Notes: generated by a model not told the origin, from the sequence alone. DNA of 64,000 nt from Candidatus Poribacteria bacterium (GCA_963665235.2 CAXXLX010000002.1:834820-898819), one strand, 5' to 3'; counted from the stretch's first letter, positions 1-10,313 are shown. Numbers and translations: made by a program.

Positions 1-568
1 TGATGACTTGGTGCGTTTAGGTAAGGTCCGCTATCTTGGCTGTTGTAATCATCAAGCGTGGCAGGTTTGCAAAGCCCTCTGGATTGCCGATGCGATTAAC
101 GCTACTCCCTATATGTGTGTGCAGAATATGTATAACCTGCTAAATCGCGATTTGGAAACGGAGATGTTCGGGCTAGTGCGCGAGGAAGAGCTTGGCATTA
201 TGTGTTATAGTCCATTGTCGGTAGGTTTATTGAGCGGTTTCTATTCGCCGGATGAACCGCCGCCAGCTGGCAGCTTGTGGGAAAGGCGATACCGCGATGA
301 ATTTGACCGTCGAATGAGCGGGGCGACGGGACAGGTGATTACAACGCTCACCCAGCTTGCGAACGAGTTAGGCAAAACGCCAGCGCAACTTGCTGTGGCA
401 TGGGTGTTGTCACATCCTGAAGTCACCGTCGCTATCAGCGGAAGCGATACGGTTGAGCAGTTAGATGACACACTCGGCGGTGTCGGTTGGGAATTAGATG
501 CAACCGTTCGGGAGACGTTGGATGAGGTATCCCGTTCATTTGTGCGTTTGACTGCCCCCCCTTTTTAG
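1..568 (+). CDS. aldo/keto reductase (5'-truncated by window edge)
   Basis: GKVRYLGCCN, QNMYNLLNR, YSPLSVGLLSG and TPAQLAVAWVL are AKR-family motifs; the frame is open from the window start. Confidence 0.9.
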   Translation, partial: DDLVRLGKVRYLGCCNHQAWQVCKALWIADAINATPYMCVQNMYNLLNRDLETEMFGLVREEELGIMCYSPLSVGLLSGFYSPDEPPPAGSLWERRYRDEFDRRMSGATGQVITTLTQLANELGKTPAQLAVAWVLSHPEVTVAISGSDTVEQLDDTLGGVGWELDATVRETLDEVSRSFVRLTAPPF

Positions 569-578
569 AGGAGAGAAA

Positions 579-1640
579 ATGAAACGTTTGATTTTTGCAG
601 ACATCTATAGCTGGTCGGTATTTAGTGAGGCGCGGCAGGTTGATTTTAGTGGACATCTATGGGTTAGGGACGAGGGAAATATCATCATAGACCCGGTTGC
701 AATGTCCGATGCTGACCGTGCACAACTCGAACAACTTGGCGGCGCGAAATGGATTGTTATTACGAATCGGGACCATGAACGGGAGGCTGCGGTATTTCAG
801 GAATGGACAGCGGCAGAAGTGATTGTGCATGAGGCGGATGCCGATTTGATAGACATTAAACCTGCCCGAACACTTCAAGATGGCGATACCGTGGTTCCAG
901 GATTACGCGCGGTACATCTCCCGTTCGGGAAAAGCCCCGGCGAAATAGCACTCCATTTTTCGCACAAACAAGCAATCCTCTTCGGCGACCTTGTCGTAGG
1001 TGCACCGATGGGCCGTTTGACGCTGCTTGCGGACGACAAGTTAGCGGATGCACCCAAAGCAGCGATGGCACTTCGCAAGGTGTTAGCACTGAATTTCAAC
1101 ACGGTCCTCGTCGGTGATGGACATTCTCTCTTTACGGAAGGGCGGCGACAATTAGTGGAATGTCTACAGGCACGGCGCGATATCTATATCAATCGCATCA
1201 ATATCGATGAAATTGAATGGACGTATAGACAAGCACCGCAGCCTTACGATTTTGAGTATAAAGATATTGACCCGCTTATCGGTGCTAAAAATATAGGATA
1301 CTGCGTTTACCGCCTGAACCCAGGGAAGACGAGCTTCCCGATGCACCTGCATCACTTTGGTGAGGAGATGTGCTACGTAATGGAAGGTGCCTGCACCCTC
1401 AAGACTCCTCGGGGCGATATGGAGGTACGGCAGGGGGATTTTATTGCGTTTCCGCCAGGTGAAACCGGTGCACATAAATTCACTAACGAAGGGGATACCC
1501 CCGTTGTCCTGTTTATACTCGGCACTACAACCCCACACGATGTGAGTGAATATCCGGACTCCAACAAGGTGCTACCATACATACTTCGGGAAATTTACCG
1601 AAAAGGGGAGAGTTTGAGTTATTGGGATGGTGAGGTTTAG
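579..1640 (+). CDS. MBL-fold hydrolase fused to a C-terminal cupin domain
   Basis: N-half IIIDP, ITNRDHERE, ILFGD, LVGDG (degenerate MBL motifs); C-half PMHLHHFGEEMCYVMEG...AHKFTN cupin; GGAG RBS. Confidence 0.75.
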   Translation: MKRLIFADIYSWSVFSEARQVDFSGHLWVRDEGNIIIDPVAMSDADRAQLEQLGGAKWIVITNRDHEREAAVFQEWTAAEVIVHEADADLIDIKPARTLQDGDTVVPGLRAVHLPFGKSPGEIALHFSHKQAILFGDLVVGAPMGRLTLLADDKLADAPKAAMALRKVLALNFNTVLVGDGHSLFTEGRRQLVECLQARRDIYINRINIDEIEWTYRQAPQPYDFEYKDIDPLIGAKNIGYCVYRLNPGKTSFPMHLHHFGEEMCYVMEGACTLKTPRGDMEVRQGDFIAFPPGETGAHKFTNEGDTPVVLFILGTTTPHDVSEYPDSNKVLPYILREIYRKGESLSYWDGEV

Positions 1641-1736
1641 TGTGGGAGGCGGCATCGGTCTTTTCTAAGCCTGATACGATTTCTCGCCTCAAATCCTAAA
1701 CTCACAGTTAACATTATAAAATGAGAATTCTTAAAA

Positions 1737-2125
1737 CTACTAAACTTTGGACAATTTTAGGGGGGAACCCAACGTTCTTGTCAAACGGATAGGTGGAAGG
1801 GTGGAAGACTGGAAGGGTGGAAGAGGGGAAGAGGGGTTTGACGCGCAGCAGAGATATGCTTAGCATCACAACCCGCTTGCTAACTGCTAATGGTTTCCAT
1901 AAACCCATGGTTTCCAACATTCTATAAACATTCCGCCCCGCTGGGGCTAGTTTTTGTTTTGTTTGTGTTTTCTATAAACATTCCGCCCCGCTGGGGAAAC
2001 CGCGCTTCCGTGCATTCGAGTCTATTTTGGACAAGTTGTCCGTGTGTGAGGACCTTAGAGAAAAATAAGAAATGCTTTGAAATCGGGCATCAACCGGGCA
2101 GATATTGTCCAAACTATAGTAAAAC
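1737..2125. repeat. composite dispersed repeat cluster (polypurine GGAAGG tract, CTATAAACATTCCGCCCCGCTGGGG units, 130-bp block shared with 17520-17650)
   Basis: Near-identical segments recur at 14881, 15090, 15298-15374, 16630-16760, 17450-17650, 36870-37015 and 50795-50825. Confidence 0.8.
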
Positions 2126-2245
2126 TAAATGGCCCTGAAATGGCCCTGGATAACTGTTGACTCAAAATCTGTAGAAGTGATATAATCTCTAGCAGGGGTG
2201 GATGTACTTTATCCTTCATTCTAAAATAACGCAAGTTGCCACATA

Positions 2246-2302
2246 GTAGCACAAACTTCCTAGTTTGTGCCATAAGGGCGCGAACTAGGAAGTTCACGGT
2301 AC
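2246..2302. repeat. REPIN-like inverted pair of GTAG-REP hairpins
   Basis: GTAGCACAAACTTCCTAGTTTGTGC followed by an inverted degenerate copy; the same arrangement and the same upstream AAGTTGCCACATA occur at 43889-43944. Confidence 0.65.
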
Positions 2303-2367
2303 AATTAACAGCATTTTTTGGGCGAAGATATTGCACTAACTCAAACTGTTCTTGATAGGAGGCGTAG

Positions 2368-4008
2368 ATGCAAAATGGGCAGCTCACTATTGGTGAGTAT
2401 CTTCTGAGAAAACTGCGAAGTTACGGTATCGACCACATTTTCGGCATCCCTGGCGATTATGTAGTGCAGTTTTTCGATCTGATTGAGCAAAGCCCGATCC
2501 AACTCATCGGCACGACGCGAGAAGAAACTGCTGGATTTGCAGCAGATGCTTATGCCCGTACAAAGGGTATCGGGGCCGCATGTGTGACCTATGGGGTCGG
2601 GGGATTATCTATGATTAACGCCGTTACCGGTGCCTACGCTGAAAAATCACCGCTCGTCGTCATTAGCGGGGGGCCAGGCATAAATGAGCGCCGTAAGGAT
2701 GCGCTCTTGCACCATAAAGGCAAAGATTTTTATACACAACAACGTATCTATGAAGAGATAACCGTTGCGACAGCACTACTTGATGAACCCTTTACCGCCT
2801 TTAATCAGATAGACAGAGTGCTGGACGCAGTCTATTGGCATAAGCGGCCGGGATATATTGAATTGCCACGGGATATGGTAAGTATGCCCGGATTGCTTTA
2901 CCAACGTCCCACAACGGGTGAACACCACAGCGACACGAAAACATTGGATGCCGCCTTAACCGATGCAATTGATTTTATAAATCAGAGTCAAAACCCTATC
3001 ATTTTAGCGGGGGCTGAACTCCACAGATTCGGTTTCCAAGACAAAGCCTGCCGCCTTGCTGAAGAAAAACAGATACCTGTGGTGACAACGCTGCTCGGCA
3101 AATCCGTGATTCCGGAGGCACATCCGCTCTACTTGGGTATTTATAGCGGCGCAATGGGGAGAGCAGAGATTACAACACTTGTTAATACCTCCGACTGCGT
3201 TATCATCCTTGGTGCCTTCATGACAGATGTCAACCTTGGGATTTACACGGCAAACCTTGAGCGAAACCGCTGTATATACGCTAGCTCGGATCGAATCTCT
3301 GTTCGTTACTCCACTTATGAAGATATCACATTTGAGGACTTTATCGATGGCCTCTGTTCGCCCAAGCTCGAGGAACGGGGGGACATAGACTTGGAATGGG
3401 TGCTAACAGTACCAGAACCTTTTGAGATGGTGCCCGAGCAGCCATTAACAGTGCGGCGCCTGTTCCAACACCTCAATCAATTTCTGCGCGAGGACATGAC
3501 GATTATCCCCGATATCGGCGATAGTCTCTGGGGGGCTGTCGACCTACGTCTCCCTGCACACACCGATTTTATAAGTCCTGCCTATTATACCTCAATGGGT
3601 TTCGCAATCCCGGCCGCAATTGGTGCGCAAACAGCTAAACCTCAGTCTCGACCGCTCGCGATTGTAGGAGATGGTGCCTTCCAAATGACCGGCACCGAAC
3701 TCTCAACAACTCTCCAATACGGCCTCAACCCAATTGTCCTTCTACTAAACAATTCGGGTTATGGCACTATCCGTCCGCTCGCTGAAGGCCCTTTTAACGA
3801 TATAGAGAATTGGAACTACACCCAGGTGACAGAACTTTTTGGCGCGGGCCGCGCGTTTGTTGTTCAAACCGAAGGTGAATTTGATACTGCTATGAAAGTC
3901 GCACTTGACGAAACGCAACATTTTATCTTAATTGAGGCGAAGGTTGACAAATTGGACATGTCCCCTGCACTTACTCGGTTAGCAGAGCAGGTAGCTGAGA
4001 AAGTTTGA
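2368..4008 (+). CDS. ThDP-dependent alpha-keto acid (indolepyruvate/phenylpyruvate) decarboxylase
   Basis: FGIPGDY, REETAGFAADAYAR, VTYGVGGLS, LLHH and GDGAFQMTG...NNSGY match the PDC/IpdC family; GGAGG RBS. Confidence 0.88.
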   Translation: MQNGQLTIGEYLLRKLRSYGIDHIFGIPGDYVVQFFDLIEQSPIQLIGTTREETAGFAADAYARTKGIGAACVTYGVGGLSMINAVTGAYAEKSPLVVISGGPGINERRKDALLHHKGKDFYTQQRIYEEITVATALLDEPFTAFNQIDRVLDAVYWHKRPGYIELPRDMVSMPGLLYQRPTTGEHHSDTKTLDAALTDAIDFINQSQNPIILAGAELHRFGFQDKACRLAEEKQIPVVTTLLGKSVIPEAHPLYLGIYSGAMGRAEITTLVNTSDCVIILGAFMTDVNLGIYTANLERNRCIYASSDRISVRYSTYEDITFEDFIDGLCSPKLEERGDIDLEWVLTVPEPFEMVPEQPLTVRRLFQHLNQFLREDMTIIPDIGDSLWGAVDLRLPAHTDFISPAYYTSMGFAIPAAIGAQTAKPQSRPLAIVGDGAFQMTGTELSTTLQYGLNPIVLLLNNSGYGTIRPLAEGPFNDIENWNYTQVTELFGAGRAFVVQTEGEFDTAMKVALDETQHFILIEAKVDKLDMSPALTRLAEQVAEKV

Positions 4009-4048
4009 GTCTGGAAGTGAAATATTCATTAAACTAAATGACTCTGCC

Positions 4049-5404
4049 CTATTCTCTGCGCATCCGTTGGTTCTCTTTTGCTTGCACATCCGTTAGCTCA
4101 GGCTGAACAATTGTCCGTAGGACATCCTCTAATTCATTCCGAATTGCCGCATATTCAGGTTTTGATGCCAAATCGTTGTTTTCCTGTGGGTCAACGTTTA
4201 CGTTGAACAGTTGCGGTTGACTTCCAACGTAATAGCAGAGCTTGTAATGTCCACGTTTGAGCATAAAGCCAGCATTAAGCATGCCTCTGTGATGGTATTC
4301 TGAAAAGACAGCGCGTGTTGTTTTATTGGATTGATGCCGAGCAATTTTTAGAAGACTTTCCCCTGGTAAATCGGAGGGTTTTTCCAGACCTGCAACCTCC
4401 AATAAGGTGGGTAAGACATCTACCAAAGAGACGTTTTGCTCCACGCGCCCGGTCTCTTTTGAAGGTAAACGCAGCATTAACGGTACTTTTACTGCCGGTT
4501 CGTAGAAACACTGCTTTTGCCAGATGCCGTGGTGACCTGCCATCTCCCCGTGGTCACTTGTGTAGATAACAACCGTATTTTCACGTAAAGGCGATGTATC
4601 AATTGCCTCTAGCACCCGTCCAATCTGTGCATCAAGCGCGGAGACAAGCGCGTAGTAGGCGACCAACGCACAGCGGACAGTGGCCTCTGGAGGCGGGATG
4701 TCATTTCGCCATGCCCAGCGGAGGTGTTGAATTACCGGGTGTTGAGATTCAAGCGGCTCGTTCCAGGTGTCAGGCAGTTCAACCGTGTTTGGGTCGTACC
4801 GTGAGAAAAACTCCGGTGGGGCAATCAACGGAAAGTGGGGATGCATGAAACCGCAATAGAGCAGGAAGGGTTTTTCGGCAGGTGTATCAGCTTTTTTGTG
4901 GAGGAAGTCCACCGCTAAGTCTGTAACCTTTCGGTCATATTGTGTATGTTCATGGTCGCCCGGTCCGCATTCGGTGACGTGAGAATTGGAGCCGCGTCGG
5001 TCGTCCGCAGTGCGCCGTGGCGGATGTCCCTTTGTACTACGCCACCGCGGGAGATCATCCAGCAACCGTTCGGAAAAACCGAGCAGTCGGTCTGTACCGT
5101 TGAAATGTGTGCGTCCACATAGGACGGTTTCGTAATCCGCCTCTGTCAAATAATCCCCCCACGTTTTGTGCTGCCGTGTGGCAATTGCACCCAGATCCCA
5201 CGCTTCAATTTGGTGCGGATAACGTCCGGTGAGTAAAGACAGGCGTGACGGGGTACAGATTGGGCTGTTGCAATACGCGTTATCGAAGGTGTAACTCTGC
5301 TCGGCAAGCCGGTCAAGGTGCGGGGTCTGAACAACCGAATGTCCGCTGTTTCCCATGACGGTTCCAGTGTGTTCATCCGAGAAAAGAAAAACGATATTAT
5401 TCAT
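4049..5404 (-). CDS. sulfatase (choline-sulfatase-like, Cys-type)
   Basis: NIVFLFSDEH, CTPSR formylglycine motif, PHFP, YTSDHGEMAG..QKQCFYE. Confidence 0.9.
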   Translation of the reverse strand: MNNIVFLFSDEHTGTVMGNSGHSVVQTPHLDRLAEQSYTFDNAYCNSPICTPSRLSLLTGRYPHQIEAWDLGAIATRQHKTWGDYLTEADYETVLCGRTHFNGTDRLLGFSERLLDDLPRWRSTKGHPPRRTADDRRGSNSHVTECGPGDHEHTQYDRKVTDLAVDFLHKKADTPAEKPFLLYCGFMHPHFPLIAPPEFFSRYDPNTVELPDTWNEPLESQHPVIQHLRWAWRNDIPPPEATVRCALVAYYALVSALDAQIGRVLEAIDTSPLRENTVVIYTSDHGEMAGHHGIWQKQCFYEPAVKVPLMLRLPSKETGRVEQNVSLVDVLPTLLEVAGLEKPSDLPGESLLKIARHQSNKTTRAVFSEYHHRGMLNAGFMLKRGHYKLCYYVGSQPQLFNVNVDPQENNDLASKPEYAAIRNELEDVLRTIVQPELTDVQAKENQRMRRE

Positions 5405-6068
5405 ATTTGTTACAGAACACTAAAAAGAATCTGTTTTCCTCTATCTCCTCTATCTGTTCACAAAAAAGATGTTTTTCAATGATGTACTTAGCAAAGGCCA
5501 CCGTCCAAAAGTAGGTGGGATAAGCAAACACGCCTTTGTCAGGTATTGTGATATGTCCTCCCACTGAACCTGTCAAGACATCATAATCCGCCATACCTGC
5601 ATCCCTGATGGAGTCATCGCGCATGATTAGAACGAAAAGCCCGTTATCTGTGAGAATTCGTTTTAGTTGAAGTGCTAAGTGCTCTAGTGCTTGATAGGAC
5701 AGGTAAAGATGATTTTGCGGAAGTAGCGCGAAATCGAAAGAATTTGCTTTGTAAGGTAGAGCGGCAATATCCCCGATATTAAATTGGCATTGACTTCCTC
5801 TCTTGTGTGCCACCTTTTTAGCATGACTGAGCGGAATTTCTGCACAGTCGATACCGGTTGCTATTGCCCCCATGTTTTCCATAGCGAAAGTCATCCGTCC
5901 GGCATTACAGCCCAGGTCCAATGCACGCATGCCGGGCTTTATGAGCTGACGCAAATGTTTTTCGTATCTATCAACGACAAATTGCGAACGCGGATTATCT
6001 GGGTCGGTTGTTGGGTGAACCCCCGCTGTGTTGTACATTTTCCGAATTGCATTATTAATCGTCCGCAT
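5397..6068 (-). CDS. class I SAM-dependent methyltransferase
   Basis: ALDLGCNAG motif I and GDIAALPYKANSFD; stop overlaps the sulfatase start. Confidence 0.85.
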   Translation of the reverse strand: MRTINNAIRKMYNTAGVHPTTDPDNPRSQFVVDRYEKHLRQLIKPGMRALDLGCNAGRMTFAMENMGAIATGIDCAEIPLSHAKKVAHKRGSQCQFNIGDIAALPYKANSFDFALLPQNHLYLSYQALEHLALQLKRILTDNGLFVLIMRDDSIRDAGMADYDVLTGSVGGHITIPDKGVFAYPTYFWTVAFAKYIIEKHLFCEQIEEIEENRFFLVFCNKYE

Positions 6069-6098
6069 ATCTATATTTTCTCTCGTTGCAATTCCACT

Positions 6099-7136
6099 CT
6101 AATGCATCTTGACAGAAAACACGTAACTGAGAATTGTCACCAAAATATACGCGCAGACTAGGACGACTCCAAATGAACGTTTCAATTGGGTTCCCGAAAT
6201 AAAGATTCCGACGCGAAAGACTATCAAAATAAATAACATCATAGGAAACAGAAACATAAAAGCTTTCTCTGATGCCTGTAGTCCTGCTGGCGTTGCTGCT
6301 GCTGACACCCCAGCGACGAAAAGAACGTTAAGGATATCTGCTCCAATAATGTTTCCGACTGCTAACTCTCCATGTCCGCGCCGGACTGCCGTTATGGCTG
6401 TTACAAGTTCTGGCAGCGATGTGCCAAAAGCGACAAGCGTTGCAGCAATAATTTCGCTCGGTACCTTAAACCTTTCTGCTAGTTCACTTACCGTGGGAAT
6501 CAGGATTTGCGCGGAGATAACGACAATAGCAATTGACCCGATGAGTTTCAGCAGGGTGAGGAGTGTGCTCTTCCCCTCGGAATCTGTTTCCGCTTCGTGT
6601 TCAGTCTCAGGCGTTGTTGAACCTGCCCATCGGATAGATTGCCACACGTACAACGCTAACAGTGCGACAAAAACAAATCCCATGAATTGTGGCAGCGTGC
6701 CTCCTTCGCGGAAGACTTTCGCTGGGGATGCCCAGGGAAAACAGGCTAATACCAAGAGAATTCCGGCACCGACCTGGACATTTGATAAGCGCGAGGCCAA
6801 CTGACGGTTGAACGATAACGGTGCAATTAACGAGGCTAGTCCGAGGATAAGTCCTGTGTCACAAATAATTGAGCCGACTGCGTTTCCGAGGGCGAGCCCC
6901 GGTTCTCCCTGTATCGCTGAAAAGACAGAAACGGCCGCCTCTGGTGTTGTTGTTCCAATACTTACAATCGTTGCGCCGATAACAGCCTTTCCCAATCCCC
7001 ATCGCTTTGAAAGCACTACCGCTTCATCAACAAGCCAGTCTGCCCCTTTACCGAGCATGGCGAGTGTCACCCCGGTGATAAGTAAAAGAGCTACGATAGG
7101 GAATTCGCTAATATATTCAGCAATCCAATGTTCCAT
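6099..7136 (-). CDS. Na+/Ca2+ antiporter (YrbG-like)
   Basis: Two alpha repeats GTTTPE...GNAVGS and GTSLPE...GNIIGA; about 10 hydrophobic segments. Confidence 0.9.
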   Translation of the reverse strand: MEHWIAEYISEFPIVALLLITGVTLAMLGKGADWLVDEAVVLSKRWGLGKAVIGATIVSIGTTTPEAAVSVFSAIQGEPGLALGNAVGSIICDTGLILGLASLIAPLSFNRQLASRLSNVQVGAGILLVLACFPWASPAKVFREGGTLPQFMGFVFVALLALYVWQSIRWAGSTTPETEHEAETDSEGKSTLLTLLKLIGSIAIVVISAQILIPTVSELAERFKVPSEIIAATLVAFGTSLPELVTAITAVRRGHGELAVGNIIGADILNVLFVAGVSAAATPAGLQASEKAFMFLFPMMLFILIVFRVGIFISGTQLKRSFGVVLVCAYILVTILSYVFSVKMH

Positions 7137-7163
7137 GAACTATAACTGTCCCTTCTAAAATCC

Positions 7164-8327
7164 CTAAACCTTTTGGCGTTCCCTTTGATGCCAAATATAC
7201 AAAATCGGGCTTGCAATGAAAACCGAGGAATAGGTCCCGACTATCACTCCAACGATGAGTGCTAAGGCGAACGTGTTAATTTCCTCACCGGATGTAGAGA
7301 GGAAGAAGATAACAAGCACAACAAACAGAGTCGTCAATGACGTAATAACGGTTCGACTCAATGATTGATTGATGCTTCGATTGAGCACCTCGATGTACTC
7401 AGTGCCACGCAAGGTTTGTCCGTTTTCGCGAATCCGGTCAAATACGACAATTGTGTCGTTGAGCGAATATCCTATGATTGTGAGGAACGCGGCGACGGTC
7501 GGGAGGTTAATCTCTTTTGAGAAGATGGCAAAGATGCCTAGCGTAATAAGAACGTCGTGGACAAGTGCCGCAATTGCACCGATAGCGAAACGGAACTCAA
7601 ACCGCCAAGAGATATAGACCAATAAGATGATGATTGACCAGAGGACAGACCAGAGTGCAGACACCTTGAGGTCCCGTCCAACACTGGGGCCCACTTCGGA
7701 GACGTTGACCCCTCCGGAAATTGCCTGCCATCCCTCTCCGCCTGTGAGGAGTGCTTCGGTGAGAATTGTACCGATGCTTGCCTGTATTTGGACGATAGTG
7801 TTTTCGCTTAGGTCCACGCCGAATTCTTCTGCGAAAGTCAGTTCAATTGCAGCCCCCTCGCTAACAGTTTCGAGGGTTTGTATCTCTTTACGTTGGCGCG
7901 TGCTGCCATCAATCAGTTCGACTGTTGTCCCGGGCCGCAAGAGGTGTACTTTTTCTGCGGTACTGCTGACCTGTAGTTGCATCGCGGTTGCGTCGCCTGG
8001 GTCCGCTGTGACAGGAATATCAATGAGCTGTTCCTGAAATTCGGGACGATGGCCCATAGAGATAGAGGCTTCGTTCTTGCCAGCGTCGATTTGGATTTTT
8101 GCCTGTTCGTAACCTAATTCAGTGAGTTTTGCTGCCACCTCAGTTTCGGTAACCTGTCTAGTGAATTTGGCTTGGATTTTAACACCCCCCCGGAAGTCAA
8201 TTCCGAAGTTTGGCCCCCGTTGGACGCTAAGGAAGCCTAAACCGATGAGGATGACCACCGCTGAGGTGAGAAACCCGGTGCGATATTTGCTAATAAAGTT
8301 AAAGTTTGTACCTTTCAGAAATTCCAA
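7164..8327 (-). CDS. secF: protein translocase subunit SecF
   Basis: GIDFRGG, VGPSVG, HDVLITLG, GYSLNDTIVVFDRIRE, GTYSSVFIA. Confidence 0.96.
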   Translation of the reverse strand: MEFLKGTNFNFISKYRTGFLTSAVVILIGLGFLSVQRGPNFGIDFRGGVKIQAKFTRQVTETEVAAKLTELGYEQAKIQIDAGKNEASISMGHRPEFQEQLIDIPVTADPGDATAMQLQVSSTAEKVHLLRPGTTVELIDGSTRQRKEIQTLETVSEGAAIELTFAEEFGVDLSENTIVQIQASIGTILTEALLTGGEGWQAISGGVNVSEVGPSVGRDLKVSALWSVLWSIIILLVYISWRFEFRFAIGAIAALVHDVLITLGIFAIFSKEINLPTVAAFLTIIGYSLNDTIVVFDRIRENGQTLRGTEYIEVLNRSINQSLSRTVITSLTTLFVVLVIFFLSTSGEEINTFALALIVGVIVGTYSSVFIASPILYIWHQRERQKV

Positions 8328-8360
8328 TTTTTTGTATCCTTTCCACGTTTGCTTTGGCTA

Positions 8361-10313
8361 CTAGATGCTTAATTTCTGTACGTCCCGGTTTCCAAGTACC
8401 CACCCGTATATTTCGCGTGTGACGATAATTGCGGTGAACATACTGGCGAGGATGCCGATACCGAGTGTTATTGCAAACCCTTTAATCGGCCCGGTTCCGA
8501 AATGATAGAGGACGAGTGCAGTAAAAAATGTGGTGAGATTGGCATCTAAAATTGTGAGGAATGCGCGTTGGTACCCGCTGGTAATAGCTGGCCAAACGGG
8601 TTTGCCGGTTCGCAATTCTTCGCGAATTCGTTCAAAGATAAGCACATTTGCGTCAACAGACATGCCGATAGTGAGCACTAAACCAGCGATGCCGGGGAGT
8701 GTTAGGGCGGCCCCAAATCCCGCCAATGCGCCAAGGATAATGAACATGTTCAAAACGAGCGCAATGATGGCAACGAGTCCAGAGAATTGGTAATAAATTA
8801 TCATGAAAACTAGGACAACGCTTAACCCAATAACAGCTGCTTTAATGCCGTTGTCAATAGATTCTTGACCGAGGGTGGGACCGACGGTTCGTTCTTCAGC
8901 GATTTGGACTCCGACTGGGAATGCTCCTGCGGTGAGGATATTAGCAAGATAGTCGGCTTCCTCAAAATTAAACTGTCCTTCAATAACCGCGCCGCCCCCG
9001 ATAATAGGTTCCTTGATACGTGGTGCAGATTGTACTATGCCATCAAGTAGAATTGCTAACGCCTCCCCTGTATGGTTAGTGGTAACATCGGCGAATCTAT
9101 TGCTACCTGCCCCATCAAACCGCATAGAGACAACAATCTCAAAAGTGCTTTGTGTTGTCGGAAAAGCCTCATCAATAAAATCGCCGGTTAAGAGAACTGG
9201 ACTTTCGAGGACATACCAGGCTCCTGTGTCGCGCTGGTAACGGATTTCACAATCTTCAGGCAGTTCGTCCGGTGGCGGTGTATTCGCGGAGCCGCTCCAC
9301 CAAGTGTCCCCGCTAGGCGATTTTCTGACCAGTTTAAATTCCAACCGGCCCATCGTTCGGACAATTTGCAGCGGTTTTGATGAATCCTTTGCACCGGGCA
9401 ATTCAACGATAATTCGGGGACGATTCGCCTCTTGTCGGATAGAGGGTTCAGCAACCCCGAACGCATCCACCCGATTTCGCAAGACGATAAGTACTTTTTC
9501 AATGGCATCCTCGCTGTATTCTTTAAGCCCCTTGGAGCCCAATTGGAGCTGAAATGTGGCTTGGTTATCGATGTCGGGAAGGAGCGTTGCGTCGTCAAAG
9601 AATTCTAGTTCATTTAGGATGTCCTTGGCTTTGTCAAGGTATTTCGTTTTCTCATCTGGTGCGGACCTATACCGAGAGGGTATGCCGATGAGGACGTTGA
9701 GTGCGTTTTGTCCCTCCACGCGTTTTACGCCATCTTCTCGGCATAAAATTTCCTTTTCGCGCAACAGCTCAGGAATAGAGTCGACGCGTGCACGCATCAG
9801 TTCGTCCTTGGATTTTTCTAGGTCAACCTCCAAGACAAGATGAACGCCGCCTTTCAGGTCCAATCCTAACTTGAGCCGGTTATCCGGTATTAGCCGCCTC
9901 AATAGCATTGGAAGGCTCCCGTATAGGTGCAAATCCGCTAAGATTGCTGCGGGGTTTTCTTGTGCTTTGTCGGATAGCAGTCTAACGTAAAATTCCCGTT
10001 CTTCGGTCGTATCAAATTGATAGTCAACCTGTTCTTCAAACCCGAGCGTCTCTAAATGAACCCGGAAAACGTCCTCGAACCCCGCTGTGGCATCCTGAAA
10101 ACTTCTGCCTTCGGGGTATGTCACGTCTGCTAAACTGACCTTGAAGGCATTCTCTTCGCTGACTTCAAAGCGAGGCAGGACCTCCTGCATCCAAAGGGGT
10201 AGGTTTCCATATAACGGATTATAGAAACGGTCAGGGGTGGGAATGAGATATAGAGCTGCGAGCAGCAAAATGCCAATAATTAAAACGAGCTTCCAACCAC
10301 TAAATTTGTACAT
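8361..10313 (-). CDS. secD: protein translocase subunit SecD
   Basis: LKLGLDLKGG, RNRVDAFGVAEP, VGPTLG, LTLPGIAG, VDANVLIFERIREE; ATG at 10313 preferred to the GTG at 10346. Confidence 0.96.
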   Translation of the reverse strand: MYKFSGWKLVLIIGILLLAALYLIPTPDRFYNPLYGNLPLWMQEVLPRFEVSEENAFKVSLADVTYPEGRSFQDATAGFEDVFRVHLETLGFEEQVDYQFDTTEEREFYVRLLSDKAQENPAAILADLHLYGSLPMLLRRLIPDNRLKLGLDLKGGVHLVLEVDLEKSKDELMRARVDSIPELLREKEILCREDGVKRVEGQNALNVLIGIPSRYRSAPDEKTKYLDKAKDILNELEFFDDATLLPDIDNQATFQLQLGSKGLKEYSEDAIEKVLIVLRNRVDAFGVAEPSIRQEANRPRIIVELPGAKDSSKPLQIVRTMGRLEFKLVRKSPSGDTWWSGSANTPPPDELPEDCEIRYQRDTGAWYVLESPVLLTGDFIDEAFPTTQSTFEIVVSMRFDGAGSNRFADVTTNHTGEALAILLDGIVQSAPRIKEPIIGGGAVIEGQFNFEEADYLANILTAGAFPVGVQIAEERTVGPTLGQESIDNGIKAAVIGLSVVLVFMIIYYQFSGLVAIIALVLNMFIILGALAGFGAALTLPGIAGLVLTIGMSVDANVLIFERIREELRTGKPVWPAITSGYQRAFLTILDANLTTFFTALVLYHFGTGPIKGFAITLGIGILASMFTAIIVTREIYGWVLGNRDVQKLSI

